The position numbers were made by a program, and so were the translations under genes. A stretch of 64,000 nucleotides of DNA from Clostridiaceae bacterium (lineage in GTDB: Bacteria; Bacillota; Clostridia; Saccharofermentanales; UBA5734): contig JAAYJD010000058.1 in assembly GCA_012523135.1 (NCBI GenBank), forward strand, positions 8,251 through 72,250. Reading direction: 5' to 3'. Positions 8,497-17,615 of this stretch are shown in pieces. The notes below the pieces were generated by a model, which was not told the DNA's origin, did no database searches, and was given only the letters and a program-made list of their open reading frames with translations. How positions within the stretch are numbered: the stretch's first letter is position 1; every line of letters begins with the position of its first letter.

Positions 8497-9471
8497 CTAT
8501 GCGTCCTTGGCTTCGGTCATCCGGGCCGCAACATCGGCCGGCACGGTCAGGTTCGCGGCTGCGATCGCCTCTGAATTGACATAGATGCCGTATTCGCTGA
8601 TCACTTCATAGGGAATCTCAGACGCCTTGGCTTCGCCTTTGAGGATCCGGGCTGCGATTGCACCCGTCTGGCGGCCCAGCTGGTAGTAGTCGATGCCGGC
8701 GGCGGCGACGCAGCCGCGTTTGACCTGCTCGACCTCACTGCCGTAAACCGGGATGCCGGCTTCGTTGGTCTTTTCCAGGATCGAGGCCAGGACGCCGACG
8801 ACGGTGTTGTCGGTCAGGTTGGAAAAGCAGTCGACTTGCTTGGCGATCAGGGAATCGGCGGCCAGCGTGACTTCGGATTGGGCCGTCACGCCGATGGCTT
8901 CGATGGTAAAGCCGTACTGGCCGGCTTTGGCTTTGTATTCGGCGATCGCCGAAACCGAGTTGGGCTCGCTCGTGGTGTAGAGGATGCCGATCGTGTCGGC
9001 TTCCGGCTGCAGCTTGCGGATCAATTCCAGCTGGGCATCAACCGCCAGCTTGTCGCTGGTGCCGGTGATGTTGCCGCTGTCCAGCTTGGCCTCCACCGGA
9101 TCCGTGATGGCGGAAAAGACGACCGGGATGTCCTTGTCTTCGGCAGCCGCGTAGCAGGCGGTTGCCGACGGGGTGGCGATGGCGCACATCAGGGCCACGT
9201 TTTTGGCGGAAAAGGTCTGGGCGATCTGGGTGGCGATCGCACCGTCAAACCCGGCGTTCTGGTAGTCGATGGTGAAATCCTGGCCTTCTGTCAGGCCGGC
9301 GTCCTTCAGGCCCTGGAGAAAGCCGAGACGGCAGTTGTCCAGGGAGGCGTGCTCGCCGAACTGGGAGATGCCGATCACCCGGGTTTTGCTGCAACCGGCC
9401 GCGGCGGAAAAAGCAAGCGAGAGGATGAGCACCAGCACGGCGATTCGGGTCAATTTTGCGATGTTTTTCAT
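8497..9471 (-). CDS. ABC transporter substrate-binding lipoprotein (ABC_sub_bind-type); likely tryptophan-related
   Basis: 324 aa with a lipobox (FSAAAGC). It is the first gene after a Trp-specific T-box. I recall this binding-protein/permease/ATPase family being predicted as trpXYZ/hisXYZ in T-box regulon surveys. Confidence 0.8.
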   Translation of the reverse strand: MKNIAKLTRIAVLVLILSLAFSAAAGCSKTRVIGISQFGEHASLDNCRLGFLQGLKDAGLTEGQDFTIDYQNAGFDGAIATQIAQTFSAKNVALMCAIATPSATACYAAAEDKDIPVVFSAITDPVEAKLDSGNITGTSDKLAVDAQLELIRKLQPEADTIGILYTTSEPNSVSAIAEYKAKAGQYGFTIEAIGVTAQSEVTLAADSLIAKQVDCFSNLTDNTVVGVLASILEKTNEAGIPVYGSEVEQVKRGCVAAAGIDYYQLGRQTGAIAARILKGEAKASEIPYEVISEYGIYVNSEAIAAANLTVPADVAARMTEAKDA

Positions 9472-9604
9472 TTCGTTTCTCCTGTTTTTGTCAGCGTGCC
9501 TGGCACACTGTTTTGTGTCTCAAGCGATGGTCCTGTGACAACCTGTTCCCATCGCCATCGTCTGCCTGTCTGGTTCATAACCTGCCTCCTCCTGGTGTAA
9601 ACAT

Positions 9605-9639
9605 AAAAAAACAGCCCTGTCCCCTGAGGGACAAGACTG
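9605..9639 (-). terminator. T-box-controlled intrinsic terminator
   Basis: On the minus strand: CAGUCUUGUCCC-UCAG-GGGACAGGGCUG, a 12-bp stem including G-U pairs, followed by seven U (9611-9605). Confidence 0.8.
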
Positions 9640-9863
9640 ACGTCCTGCGGTGCCACCCTGATTGATCATATCCATGATCCGCTCGTTCCCGCACATGCAT
9701 GCGGGCCGCCTGGTTAACGGATACGGCTTCCGTCGGCTATTTAAGGCCGCCCTCCGAAGTCCATTCGCCCCGCGTCCGGCTGCTGCGCTCACACCAGCCG
9801 CAGCTCTCTGTCAACCGACCCTCGAGGGTACTTCTCTTCGTCACAGGTTTCAAATATTCAGCT
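9605..9863 (-). promoter_or_regulatory. T-box riboswitch leader, tryptophan (UGG) specifier
   Basis: The minus-strand leader contains four T-box elements. First, stem I elements (GAAGAGAAGUA ... AGAGAGC ... GGUGUGAGC). Second, a specifier-loop context GCGAA-UGG-A, with UGG at 9763-9761. Third, the T-box sequence AAUCAGGGUGGCACCGCAGG (9663-9644). Fourth, a terminator hairpin with a U7 tract. The UGGC in the T-box bulge would pair with a GCCA-3' acceptor end. Confidence 0.85.
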
Positions 9864-9869
9864 AGACTG

Positions 9870-9898
9870 ATTGTAGGCACGGTTTACCCGATTGTCAA
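9870..9898 (-). promoter_or_regulatory. Sigma-A promoter of the T-box/ABC operon
   Basis: On the minus strand: TTGACA (9898-9893), exactly 17 nt, TACAAT (9875-9870). Confidence 0.75.
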
Positions 9899-9927
9899 GC
9901 CAAACGCAACCCGGCTACGAAACCTGG

Positions 9928-10386
9928 CTACGCACCATTGTCCGTTTCGTTCCAGCGGTACCGCTTGTTCTGGCGCAGCCGTTGCAGGTCACAGTTCAGG
10001 CACAGCCCATTGTGGCAGCAGATGACGCCGCCGCAACGGGAACAGCGCCATATTCCGGCTTCCCGCTCCAGGAAGCTGGCCATGCCCCGGTCGCGAATCC
10101 AGGTCAGGTTGGCGATCATGCTCATGTGGTATTTTGTCCGGTAGCGCCGGTCCAGCATCTTGAGCCGCCGGCAGGGAAAGGACGCGCACTGGAAGCAATA
10201 GCGGATTTGACCGGTTGCCAGCTGCGTACACTGATCGCCCATGTGAAGGCAGTGCTTGCCCCTGGGCAGGCATCCCGGGCAGGTAGTCTTGCGAAATCCC
10301 TTCTGGTTGAGACCGGCAAGACCGGCCTGGTAGGCGATACATAGGCGGCAATTCATGCCGCAGGGGGCTATCAGCTGCTCGTCCAT
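9928..10386 (-). CDS. Cys-rich DUF3795-like protein
   Basis: 152 aa. N-terminal CGMNCRLC, then CPGC and several further CxxC pairs, matching my recollection of DUF3795. Confidence 0.65.
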   Translation of the reverse strand: MDEQLIAPCGMNCRLCIAYQAGLAGLNQKGFRKTTCPGCLPRGKHCLHMGDQCTQLATGQIRYCFQCASFPCRRLKMLDRRYRTKYHMSMIANLTWIRDRGMASFLEREAGIWRCSRCGGVICCHNGLCLNCDLQRLRQNKRYRWNETDNGA

Positions 10387-10489
10387 CGTCCATGCACCTC
10401 ATGTCTGCCTTTAGTTTAGCACCACCTGGCCTGGAAAACAGCGGGTCTTCTCCATTTCCACAAGCAAGGGTTCGTCTGTGGTCCCGGCA

Positions 10490-10498
10490 TGGTACAAT
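10490..10498 (+). promoter_or_regulatory. Possible extended -10 element (TGgTACAAT) for the GTPase gene
   Basis: TGGTACAAT lies 30 nt upstream of the ATG at 10528. I found no good -35 hexamer. Confidence 0.35.
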
Positions 10499-10527
10499 GA
10501 GCTGTGATAGACGGCCGGGAGACAGAT

Positions 10528-12456
10528 ATGACGGAGAACGGCATCACCAATATCGGCATCATCGCACATGTTGACGCCGGTAAAACAACCCTGACCGAAC
10601 AGCTGCTCTTCAAGAGCGGCGCGATTTTACGCGCCGGCAGCGTCGATCAGGGAACCGCCCAAACCGACTACATGGAGGTTGAACGCAAACGCGGCATATC
10701 GGTCAAAGCAGCGACAACCTACATCCGCTGGCAGAACCGCGCGATCAACCTGATCGATACGCCCGGGCATGTCGACTTTGCCGCCGAAGTGGAACGCAGT
10801 CTGCGCGTCCTGGATGCCGCGGTCTTGTGCCTGTCGGCGGTCGAAGGTGTACAGGCCCAGAGCGAGCAATATTACTTCGCCTTGCGCCAGCTGAATGTCC
10901 CGGTGCTGGTTTTCATCAACAAGACGGACCGGGTCGGCGCCGATGTCGAGCAGGTCCACCGCCAGATCCGCGAACTGCTCGGTCCGGAAACCCTCGCTTT
11001 CACCGCCAGCGAGGCGTGGTTGCCGGTTTTGGCCGAATACGAAGACAAACTGGCCGACGCCTGGCTGGAAAACCGCCCGCTCGGCCAGGCAGAGCTCCTG
11101 CCAGCCCTGGCCAATCAGTGCCGTCTGGGCAATATCCTGCCCGTTGTCGCCGGCAGCGCCCTCAAAGGCGAGGGAATCGACGCGCTGCTGGACATGGTTT
11201 GTGCCCTGGCCCCGCTGTCGACCGGCGATCCGGACGGCCCGGTGGCCGGGATCGTCTTCAAAGTCGAGCACGACAAGCGGCTGGGCCGGATCGCCTACGT
11301 CCGCCTGGCCAGCGGGACGCTGAAAAACCGGGACACGGTTGTCAACCAGAGCCGGGGACCGGTCGGCAAGATCGTCCAGATCCGCAAGGCGTCCGGGCGG
11401 AAGGCGACGGACATCGGCATTCTCAAGGCGGGGGACATCGCCGCGGTCTGTGGTTTGGACAGCATCGTTGCCGGCGACACCATCGGGGACGAAACGTGCT
11501 TGCCGAAGGCGCTGTCCGTCGTCCAGCCGCTTTTGCGTGTCCGGCTGCGCCCGGAACGCGAGCAGGACTACGCGCCGCTGGCGGCTGCCTGCGCCGAACT
11601 GGCCGCCGAAGACCCCAAACTTAAGATGATCTGGGAACCGGGCGTCCGCCAGTTGCTTTTGCATGTCACAGGCACGATCCAGATGGAAATTCTGGACGCG
11701 CTGTTCCGCGACCGCTTTGGCCTGGCCGTGACCTTGGAGAACCCCCAGGTGATCTACAAGGAAACGCCGGTGCGCCCGGCGCTGGGCTCCGACGCGTACA
11801 CCATGCCGAAACCCTGCTGGGCGATCGTCACGTTTGCCATCGAGCCCCTGCCGCTGGGCCAGGGCGTCGTCTATGAAAGCCGCGTTACGGAGATCAAGAT
11901 CCGCGACCGGTACCAGGGGCAGATTGCCCAGGCGCTTCCGCTCGCCCTGGAACAAGGTCCCCGGGGTTGGGAAGTCACCGATGTCAAGATCACCTTGACC
12001 GACGGCGAGGACCATCCGGTTCATACCCATCCGCTGGATTTCGCAACGGTCACCCCCATGGCCCTGATGAAGGGGCTGGCGGCTGCGGGAACCCGCCTGC
12101 TCGAACCGATGCTGCGCTTCCGGCTGACGGTACCGCTGCCGGACACGGGCAAGGTGATCAGCCAGATTGTCGCCATGCGCGGCATGCTGGACAGCGGCAG
12201 CGAAAGCGACACCCATGACACAGCCGACGAGCACGGCACGCCGCGACGGTTCCTGACCGGCCGCGTGCCGGTGGCCACCTCGCTCGATTTTCCCGTATTT
12301 ATCGCCCAGGCGACCAGCGGGCGCGGCATCCTGACCATGGTCTTTGACGGTTACGAGCCATGCCCCGAGGGCCTGGGCGAAGACACCGCCTATCGCGGCA
12401 TCAACCCGCTCGACCGCGAGCGCTATATTCTGCATGTGCGCGGAGCGCTGCGCTGA
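10528..12456 (+). CDS. Tet(M)/Tet(O)/Tet(W)-family-like translational GTPase (ribosomal-protection-like EF-G paralogue)
   Basis: The start is moved to the ATG at 10528, with GGGAG 7 nt upstream. G motifs AHVDAGKTT, DTPGH and NKTD. The length (about 642 aa) and the end-to-end layout resemble ribosomal protection proteins more than EF-G (about 690 aa). Confidence 0.8.
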   Translation: MTENGITNIGIIAHVDAGKTTLTEQLLFKSGAILRAGSVDQGTAQTDYMEVERKRGISVKAATTYIRWQNRAINLIDTPGHVDFAAEVERSLRVLDAAVLCLSAVEGVQAQSEQYYFALRQLNVPVLVFINKTDRVGADVEQVHRQIRELLGPETLAFTASEAWLPVLAEYEDKLADAWLENRPLGQAELLPALANQCRLGNILPVVAGSALKGEGIDALLDMVCALAPLSTGDPDGPVAGIVFKVEHDKRLGRIAYVRLASGTLKNRDTVVNQSRGPVGKIVQIRKASGRKATDIGILKAGDIAAVCGLDSIVAGDTIGDETCLPKALSVVQPLLRVRLRPEREQDYAPLAAACAELAAEDPKLKMIWEPGVRQLLLHVTGTIQMEILDALFRDRFGLAVTLENPQVIYKETPVRPALGSDAYTMPKPCWAIVTFAIEPLPLGQGVVYESRVTEIKIRDRYQGQIAQALPLALEQGPRGWEVTDVKITLTDGEDHPVHTHPLDFATVTPMALMKGLAAAGTRLLEPMLRFRLTVPLPDTGKVISQIVAMRGMLDSGSESDTHDTADEHGTPRRFLTGRVPVATSLDFPVFIAQATSGRGILTMVFDGYEPCPEGLGEDTAYRGINPLDRERYILHVRGALR

Positions 12457-12544
12457 GCGCAGCCTCCTCCGGGTACTGGATAGGATTGGGCACGCACCAA
12501 AGCTGAGGTCCGGCCGCCTCAATCAGCCGGGATGAGGTGTCACG

Positions 12545-13585
12545 ATGAAAAGAAACACGCGCATGTCATTTTGCTGCAGCCTGATCGTCCTGGCCTGCTG
12601 CATCGGCCTGGCGGCCTGTTCCACTGATCCCACGACCACCATAACGACAACAAAATCAAGCACGGTACAGACAACGACGTCGACGACAACAGCCACGACA
12701 AGCCCGACCACCACAGCGACAGCCAAACCGACGGCTGCGCCAAGCGCGACGACCACGGCGCGCGATCTGCCATCTTCCTTCCCGCTGCTCGACAGCTCCA
12801 CCGCGCGCATCCCCATAACAGCCGCCCTGTATGACCTGTTTGTCAGGCAGTACGGCGTACCGGGTCCTGAACCGATCTGCTCGAAAACCCACCAGGCCTG
12901 GCTGAACCTGGCCGACGGCACCGTTGATCTCATCCTGTGCATTGCGCCGACAGCTGAAGAGCAGGCTTATCTCAATGCAAAGGACGTCGATGTCGCCATG
13001 CGCCTTTATGGCTGCGACGGCCTGGTCTTCCTGGGCAATGCGGACAATCCGGTGCAAGACCTGACGCAAGACCAGGTTAAAGGCATTTACCGCGGCGAAA
13101 TTGTCAACTGGAGCCAGCTGGGCGGACCGGACCAGAAGATCAACGCTTATTACCGGGACGACCAGTCCGGCAGTCAGCGTTTTTTTGAAACCCTCGTCTG
13201 GAAAGATGAAGAAATACCTGACTTCGGATCGCTCGACCTGATCTTGTCCGACGAGATGAGCGATATCACCTATTCCGTCATCTCCGACCCATACGCGATC
13301 GGGTTCAACATCATGTCGTATGTCGACATGGCATTCAGCGACCCCAAGCTGATGCTGTTCGCGATTGACGGCATCGCGCCCAGTACGGAAACGCTGGCCG
13401 ACGCCCGTTACGCCTACATCACTCAGGCGTATGTCATCATCAACGCCGATGAGCCCGCCAACAGCCCTGCGCGCTGGCTCTTCGACTGGTTTGGCTGTGA
13501 AATCAGCCGCGAGCTGATCGCGAACAACAGCAGCCTGTCCGTCATTTTCGGCGATCCGGTGATCCTGAAGGCCGAAAAGAAATAG
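12545..13585 (+). CDS. PstS-like (PBP-like-2) substrate-binding lipoprotein with a Thr-rich linker
   Basis: 346 aa with a lipobox (IGLAAC). A tether of about 50 aa rich in Thr/Ala/Pro comes next. The binding-protein fold then shows a DDQSGSQRFFE motif where PstS-family proteins have SGTR..F. Confidence 0.7.
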   Translation: MKRNTRMSFCCSLIVLACCIGLAACSTDPTTTITTTKSSTVQTTTSTTTATTSPTTTATAKPTAAPSATTTARDLPSSFPLLDSSTARIPITAALYDLFVRQYGVPGPEPICSKTHQAWLNLADGTVDLILCIAPTAEEQAYLNAKDVDVAMRLYGCDGLVFLGNADNPVQDLTQDQVKGIYRGEIVNWSQLGGPDQKINAYYRDDQSGSQRFFETLVWKDEEIPDFGSLDLILSDEMSDITYSVISDPYAIGFNIMSYVDMAFSDPKLMLFAIDGIAPSTETLADARYAYITQAYVIINADEPANSPARWLFDWFGCEISRELIANNSSLSVIFGDPVILKAEKK

Positions 13586-13775
13586 CCATCCGCTCATCCC
13601 ATGAAGTCGGGTGAACCCCATCGTTCACGCAATCACGTTGTCTTGTAACGTGGGTATTATGGATCGCACGGACGATCCGTTATGCTTATTATGTATTCCG
13701 CTAACCGCGTACGGCTCAATTTCGGAGCAGGATCGCGAACGATGTCGCATCGTCTATGCGGCGGAGGTGTTTGAT

Positions 13776-14033
13776 ATGATGGGTTTTGGTTATGGAACCG
13801 GTTGGATTTACATGCTCATCGGCGGCCTGCTGATCGTAGGCTTGATCGTTTTGATCGTTTTTTTGCTCGTCCGTGCGAACAGCGTTTCTGGCAAATCGGG
13901 TGCTACCGCTCCGCCTGATGCAAACCAAACGGATACCCAGCGCGCATTGGCGATATTAGCGGAGCGCTATGCCCGAGGCGAAATCAGCGATGAAGAATAT
14001 CAGCATAAAAAATCCGAAATCACACGATTGTGA
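13776..14033 (+). CDS. Small membrane protein with a C-terminal SHOCT domain
   Basis: Start chosen at the ATG at 13776 (GGAGGTG 7 nt upstream). One TM helix (WIYMLIGGLLIVGLIVLIVFLLV), then LAERYARGEISDEEYQHKKSEI. Confidence 0.75.
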   Translation: MMGFGYGTGWIYMLIGGLLIVGLIVLIVFLLVRANSVSGKSGATAPPDANQTDTQRALAILAERYARGEISDEEYQHKKSEITRL

Positions 14034-14079
14034 CTGATGGCCGCGCGCTTCCGTGATCGGTGATCAGGAGGTAAAAGCG

Positions 14080-16194
14080 ATGAATAACAAAAGAGACCCG
14101 GTTTCGCATCCGCATGCGGATCACACACATTCGGACCATCAGCACCCGTCCACAACGCACCGTGGCTTGGCTCATGACGCACACGACGACCATGACGCGC
14201 ATGAACACGTCGGTCATCACGCGAGAATGGCAACCGATTTCCGGCGCCGCTTTTTCTTATCCCTCTTCCTGATGGTTCCCATTCTTGTGCTCTCGCCCAT
14301 GATCCAGATGTTTTTGGCTGTCAACTGGCGCTTCCCGGGCGATTCCTATTTGCTGTTTGGCTTGTCAACGGCCCTTTTCCTGTATGGCGGCTGGCCGTTC
14401 ATCAAAGGCTCAAAAGATGAATTGGCAGAAAAGTCACCGGCCATGATGACCTTGATTTCCCTGGCGATTGTTGTTGCTTACCTTTACAGCTCCCTCATGG
14501 TATTTTTCCTTGAAGGAAGCGATTTTTTCTGGGAGCTGGCCACGCTGCTTGTCATCATGCTGCTCGGTCATTGGATCGAAATGCGTTCTGTCATGGGTGC
14601 CTCAAGGGCACTGGATGCATTGGTGAAGCTCATGCCGGAAGAGGCTCATGTGATCCATGAGGATGGCGAAACGATGGATATGCCCGTTTCAAGCCTTCAA
14701 ACTGGCGATCAGATCCTGGTCAAACCTGGTGAAAAAATCCCGATTGACGGCGATATTTTTGCAGGCAGGTCAACCGTCAACGAGGCGATGATAACTGGTG
14801 AAGCGACACCGGTTGAAAAATTGCCGGGAGATGAGATCGTTGGTGGCTCGATCAATGGCGAAGGCATCTTGAAATTCACAGTCAGCAAGACAGGTGACGA
14901 AACATTTGTTTCCCAAGTGATCAAGCTGGTCCGAGAAGCACAGCAGTCCAAATCCAAAACACAGCGGCTGGCTGATGTCGCAGCCAAATGGCTGTTCTAC
15001 ATCGCTGTCTCGGCCGGTACGATCACATTCATAACCTGGATGTTAGCGACGGGTGAGCTTGGCTTTGCCCTGGAGAGGGCAGTCACGGTCGTCATAATCT
15101 CCTGCCCGCATGCCCTTGGACTCGCGATACCGCTCGTGACCGCGATGTCGACAGGGCTGGGTGCGGAGCAAGGTCTCCTGATCCGAAATCGTGCAGCGTT
15201 TGAAAACGGGCGTAAAACCGACGCCGTTATTTTTGACAAGACGGGCACGCTGACTGAAGGATCATTTGGGGTGACCGACATCGCAGCCATCGACCGAACA
15301 GAGCATGAGCTTTTGGAAATGGTTTTTGCCATAGAATCAAACTCCGAGCATCCAATAGCCAAAGGCATCGTTGCTGAGGGGAAAAAGCGCGGCCTCAAGC
15401 TCAAACCAGTCACGGATTATCAGAACTTGACTGGGCAAGGCCTCAAGGCAACCATTGACGGCCAGGAAATCCTGATTGTAAGCCCCGGTTATTTGCGCAC
15501 GCAGCAAATCAGCTTCGATGAGACCCGGCTGTCGGAATTGTCAGCTAAAGGGAAAACCGTCATTTACATCCTGGCGAACCGGAAATTACTTGGTTTCATT
15601 GCGTTGTCCGATATCATTCGCGTCAACGCCCGTCCGGCGATTGACGCGCTGCATGCGATGGGCATCGATGTATACATGGTGACGGGGGATAACCAGCGGG
15701 CGGCGCAGGCTGTGGCTAGCCAACTTGGGTTGAAACATGTCATGGCCGAAGTTCTGCCGCATGAAAAGGCTTTAAAGGTTGATGAGATCCATCATCTCGG
15801 TAAGTTCGTTGCCATGACCGGCGATGGTGTCAACGATGCGCCGGCGCTGGCCAGGGCAGATCTTGGTATTGCAATCGGTGCAGGCACGGATGTCGCAATC
15901 GAGACCGCTGATGTCATTCTCGTCAAGAGCAATCCCCAGGATGTCGTCAATCTGATCAAACTGTCACGTGCCACATACCGCAAAATGGTCCAGAACCTGG
16001 TCTGGGCAACGGCATACAATTTGATCGCCATCCCGCTGGCCGCCGGTGTCCTCTTCAACCAAGGCGTTGTGATTACGCCGGCACTTGGCGCGGTCCTGAT
16101 GTCGATGAGCACGGTTATTGTGGCGATTAATGCCAGACTGCTGCAAGTTGATAAGCCGTCATCACCGTCATTGAAGGCTGGGATGGAACGGTGA
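14080..16194 (+). CDS. copB: Copper-translocating P1B-type ATPase, CopB-like (His-rich N-terminus, CPH motif)
   Basis: Start at 14080 (AGGAGG upstream). His-rich N-terminus (HPHADHTHSDHQHP ... HDAHDDHDAHEHVGHH). Motifs TGEA, CPH (IISCPHALG), DKTGTLT and GDGVNDAP. Confidence 0.9.
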   Translation: MNNKRDPVSHPHADHTHSDHQHPSTTHRGLAHDAHDDHDAHEHVGHHARMATDFRRRFFLSLFLMVPILVLSPMIQMFLAVNWRFPGDSYLLFGLSTALFLYGGWPFIKGSKDELAEKSPAMMTLISLAIVVAYLYSSLMVFFLEGSDFFWELATLLVIMLLGHWIEMRSVMGASRALDALVKLMPEEAHVIHEDGETMDMPVSSLQTGDQILVKPGEKIPIDGDIFAGRSTVNEAMITGEATPVEKLPGDEIVGGSINGEGILKFTVSKTGDETFVSQVIKLVREAQQSKSKTQRLADVAAKWLFYIAVSAGTITFITWMLATGELGFALERAVTVVIISCPHALGLAIPLVTAMSTGLGAEQGLLIRNRAAFENGRKTDAVIFDKTGTLTEGSFGVTDIAAIDRTEHELLEMVFAIESNSEHPIAKGIVAEGKKRGLKLKPVTDYQNLTGQGLKATIDGQEILIVSPGYLRTQQISFDETRLSELSAKGKTVIYILANRKLLGFIALSDIIRVNARPAIDALHAMGIDVYMVTGDNQRAAQAVASQLGLKHVMAEVLPHEKALKVDEIHHLGKFVAMTGDGVNDAPALARADLGIAIGAGTDVAIETADVILVKSNPQDVVNLIKLSRATYRKMVQNLVWATAYNLIAIPLAAGVLFNQGVVITPALGAVLMSMSTVIVAINARLLQVDKPSSPSLKAGMER

Positions 16195-17615
16195 GCAGAA
16201 TCGTCACACAAAGGGTCTGGCTGATCCTGGCTTTGCTGGCATCCATCCTGGCGCTCGCCGGCATCGTCTTCCTGCTGGTGTCAGGGCGCTATTTCCCGCG
16301 CGCCCAGCCCGACCTTCAGAACGGCAACGAGCTCAAAATACCTGTCTTGCTGCAAGACCAGGATCCCGATCCTGACATGGCGGAATTTGTTCTGGAAGCA
16401 CAATCTGGCCAAACCAATTTCCTCGGCAGCGTCATGACAGACACACTCGGCTATAACGGCTCCTACCTCGGGCCGGTCCTTCGTATCCGGAAGGGCGAGA
16501 AAGTCACGATACGCGTCAACAATCAGCTGGATTTTCCCACCACCCTCCACTGGCACGGCCTGGTGGTCGACGGAGAACAGGATGGCGGTCCGCACCAGGG
16601 TATCCAGCCGGGCGAGAGCTGGAATCCGACCTTTACCGTCGACCAGGCGGCAGCCACCTTGTGGTACCACCCGCATCTGCTGGGGGATACGGCAGACCAG
16701 GTTTATTACGGATTGTCGGGACTGATCTACATTGACGATGAAAACGCCGACCAACTGAACCTGCCCCAAGCGTATGGCCAAAATGACATCCCGTTGATCG
16801 TTCAGGACCGCAGCTTCAACCGCGATGGCAGCTTAGCTTATCGCACATCGATGATGGGTGTGGCAGCCGGTGACACCCTCTTGATCAACGGGACAATCAA
16901 CCCCTATCTCAATGTCAAAAAAGAACCGGTCCGCTTCCGGATTTTAAACGCCTCAAACGCGCAGAATTTCGCGTTCCGCTTAAGTGACAACAGCCGTTTT
17001 TGGCAAATAGCCTCAGACGGCGGTTTCCTGGAAGCGCCGCTGATCCGTCGCTCGATCTTTCTGGCACCTGGGGAAAGGGCCGAAGTCATCGTTGATTTTT
17101 CGAAGACAAAGCGCAGCGACGTGGCGCTTATGGTTGGGAAATCGGCGATCATGGCGATCCGTATCTCCGATGAAAAAACGGAAACCAGCGCGATACCTGA
17201 ATCATTGACCGATATCGAGCCTTTGATCGAAGGCAATGAGCCGAGAACACGCGTCTTCGACTTGCAGAGCATGGGCATAAGCGGGACCATAAACGGGAAG
17301 TCTTTCGATATGAACCGCATTGACGAAGAGGTGAATCTCAACGAGACCGAAATCTGGATCATCAGGAACAGAGGTGGCATGATGCAAACCGGGGGGCACC
17401 CCTTTCACGTGCACGGTACGCAGTTTCAAATCATCTCCAGAAACGGCCGGCCGCCGCCGCCCCAGGAGCAAGGATACAAGGATACGGTCTTCGTCAACAT
17501 CGGGGAAGAAGTCGCCATCCGCGTGCGGTTCACCCATGCGGGTCTTTTCATGTACCATTGCCATATTCTTGAGCACGAAGACAACGGCATGATGGGACAA
17601 TTCCGGGTTTCCTGA
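16191..17615 (+). CDS. Multicopper oxidase (CueO/laccase-like)
   Basis: 474 aa. Copper-ligand motifs HWHG, WYHPH, HPFHVHG and HCHILEHEDNGMM. GTGA overlap with the copB stop. The N-terminal hydrophobic anchor has no twin-arginine motif. Confidence 0.9.
   Translation: MSRIVTQRVWLILALLASILALAGIVFLLVSGRYFPRAQPDLQNGNELKIPVLLQDQDPDPDMAEFVLEAQSGQTNFLGSVMTDTLGYNGSYLGPVLRIRKGEKVTIRVNNQLDFPTTLHWHGLVVDGEQDGGPHQGIQPGESWNPTFTVDQAAATLWYHPHLLGDTADQVYYGLSGLIYIDDENADQLNLPQAYGQNDIPLIVQDRSFNRDGSLAYRTSMMGVAAGDTLLINGTINPYLNVKKEPVRFRILNASNAQNFAFRLSDNSRFWQIASDGGFLEAPLIRRSIFLAPGERAEVIVDFSKTKRSDVALMVGKSAIMAIRISDEKTETSAIPESLTDIEPLIEGNEPRTRVFDLQSMGISGTINGKSFDMNRIDEEVNLNETEIWIIRNRGGMMQTGGHPFHVHGTQFQIISRNGRPPPPQEQGYKDTVFVNIGEEVAIRVRFTHAGLFMYHCHILEHEDNGMMGQFRVS

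Noticed and set aside
10627-12522. Very long ORFs on the strand opposite well-supported genes. Examples are 10627..12522(-), 23007..24884(+), 35580..37307(+), 43087..44541(-), 17719..18807(-), 45225..46541(+), 59211..60893(+), 50360..51760(+), 51648..52694(-) and 60986..62287(+).
   Set aside because: Their translations are Arg/Gly/Ala/Gln/Asp-rich low-complexity strings with no motifs. They mirror genes that have clear family signatures and RBSs. Stop-poor antisense frames are expected at this GC content.
12620-12770. Repetitive ACN/GCN-rich DNA that looked like a tandem repeat.
   Set aside because: It is in frame inside the lipoprotein gene and encodes the Thr/Ala/Pro linker. There is no fixed repeat unit and no spacer structure, so it is neither CRISPR nor a satellite.
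13586-13775. Small inverted repeats (ACGTT-N7-AACGT; GGATCG-N6-CGATCC) and TATTAT boxes upstream of the copper genes, considered as a possible CopY/CsoR operator and promoter.
   Set aside because: They do not match the CopY box (TACAnnTGTA) or the CsoR-type GC-rich palindromes I know. No acceptable -35 lies at 16-18 nt from either TATTAT. The support is too weak to annotate.
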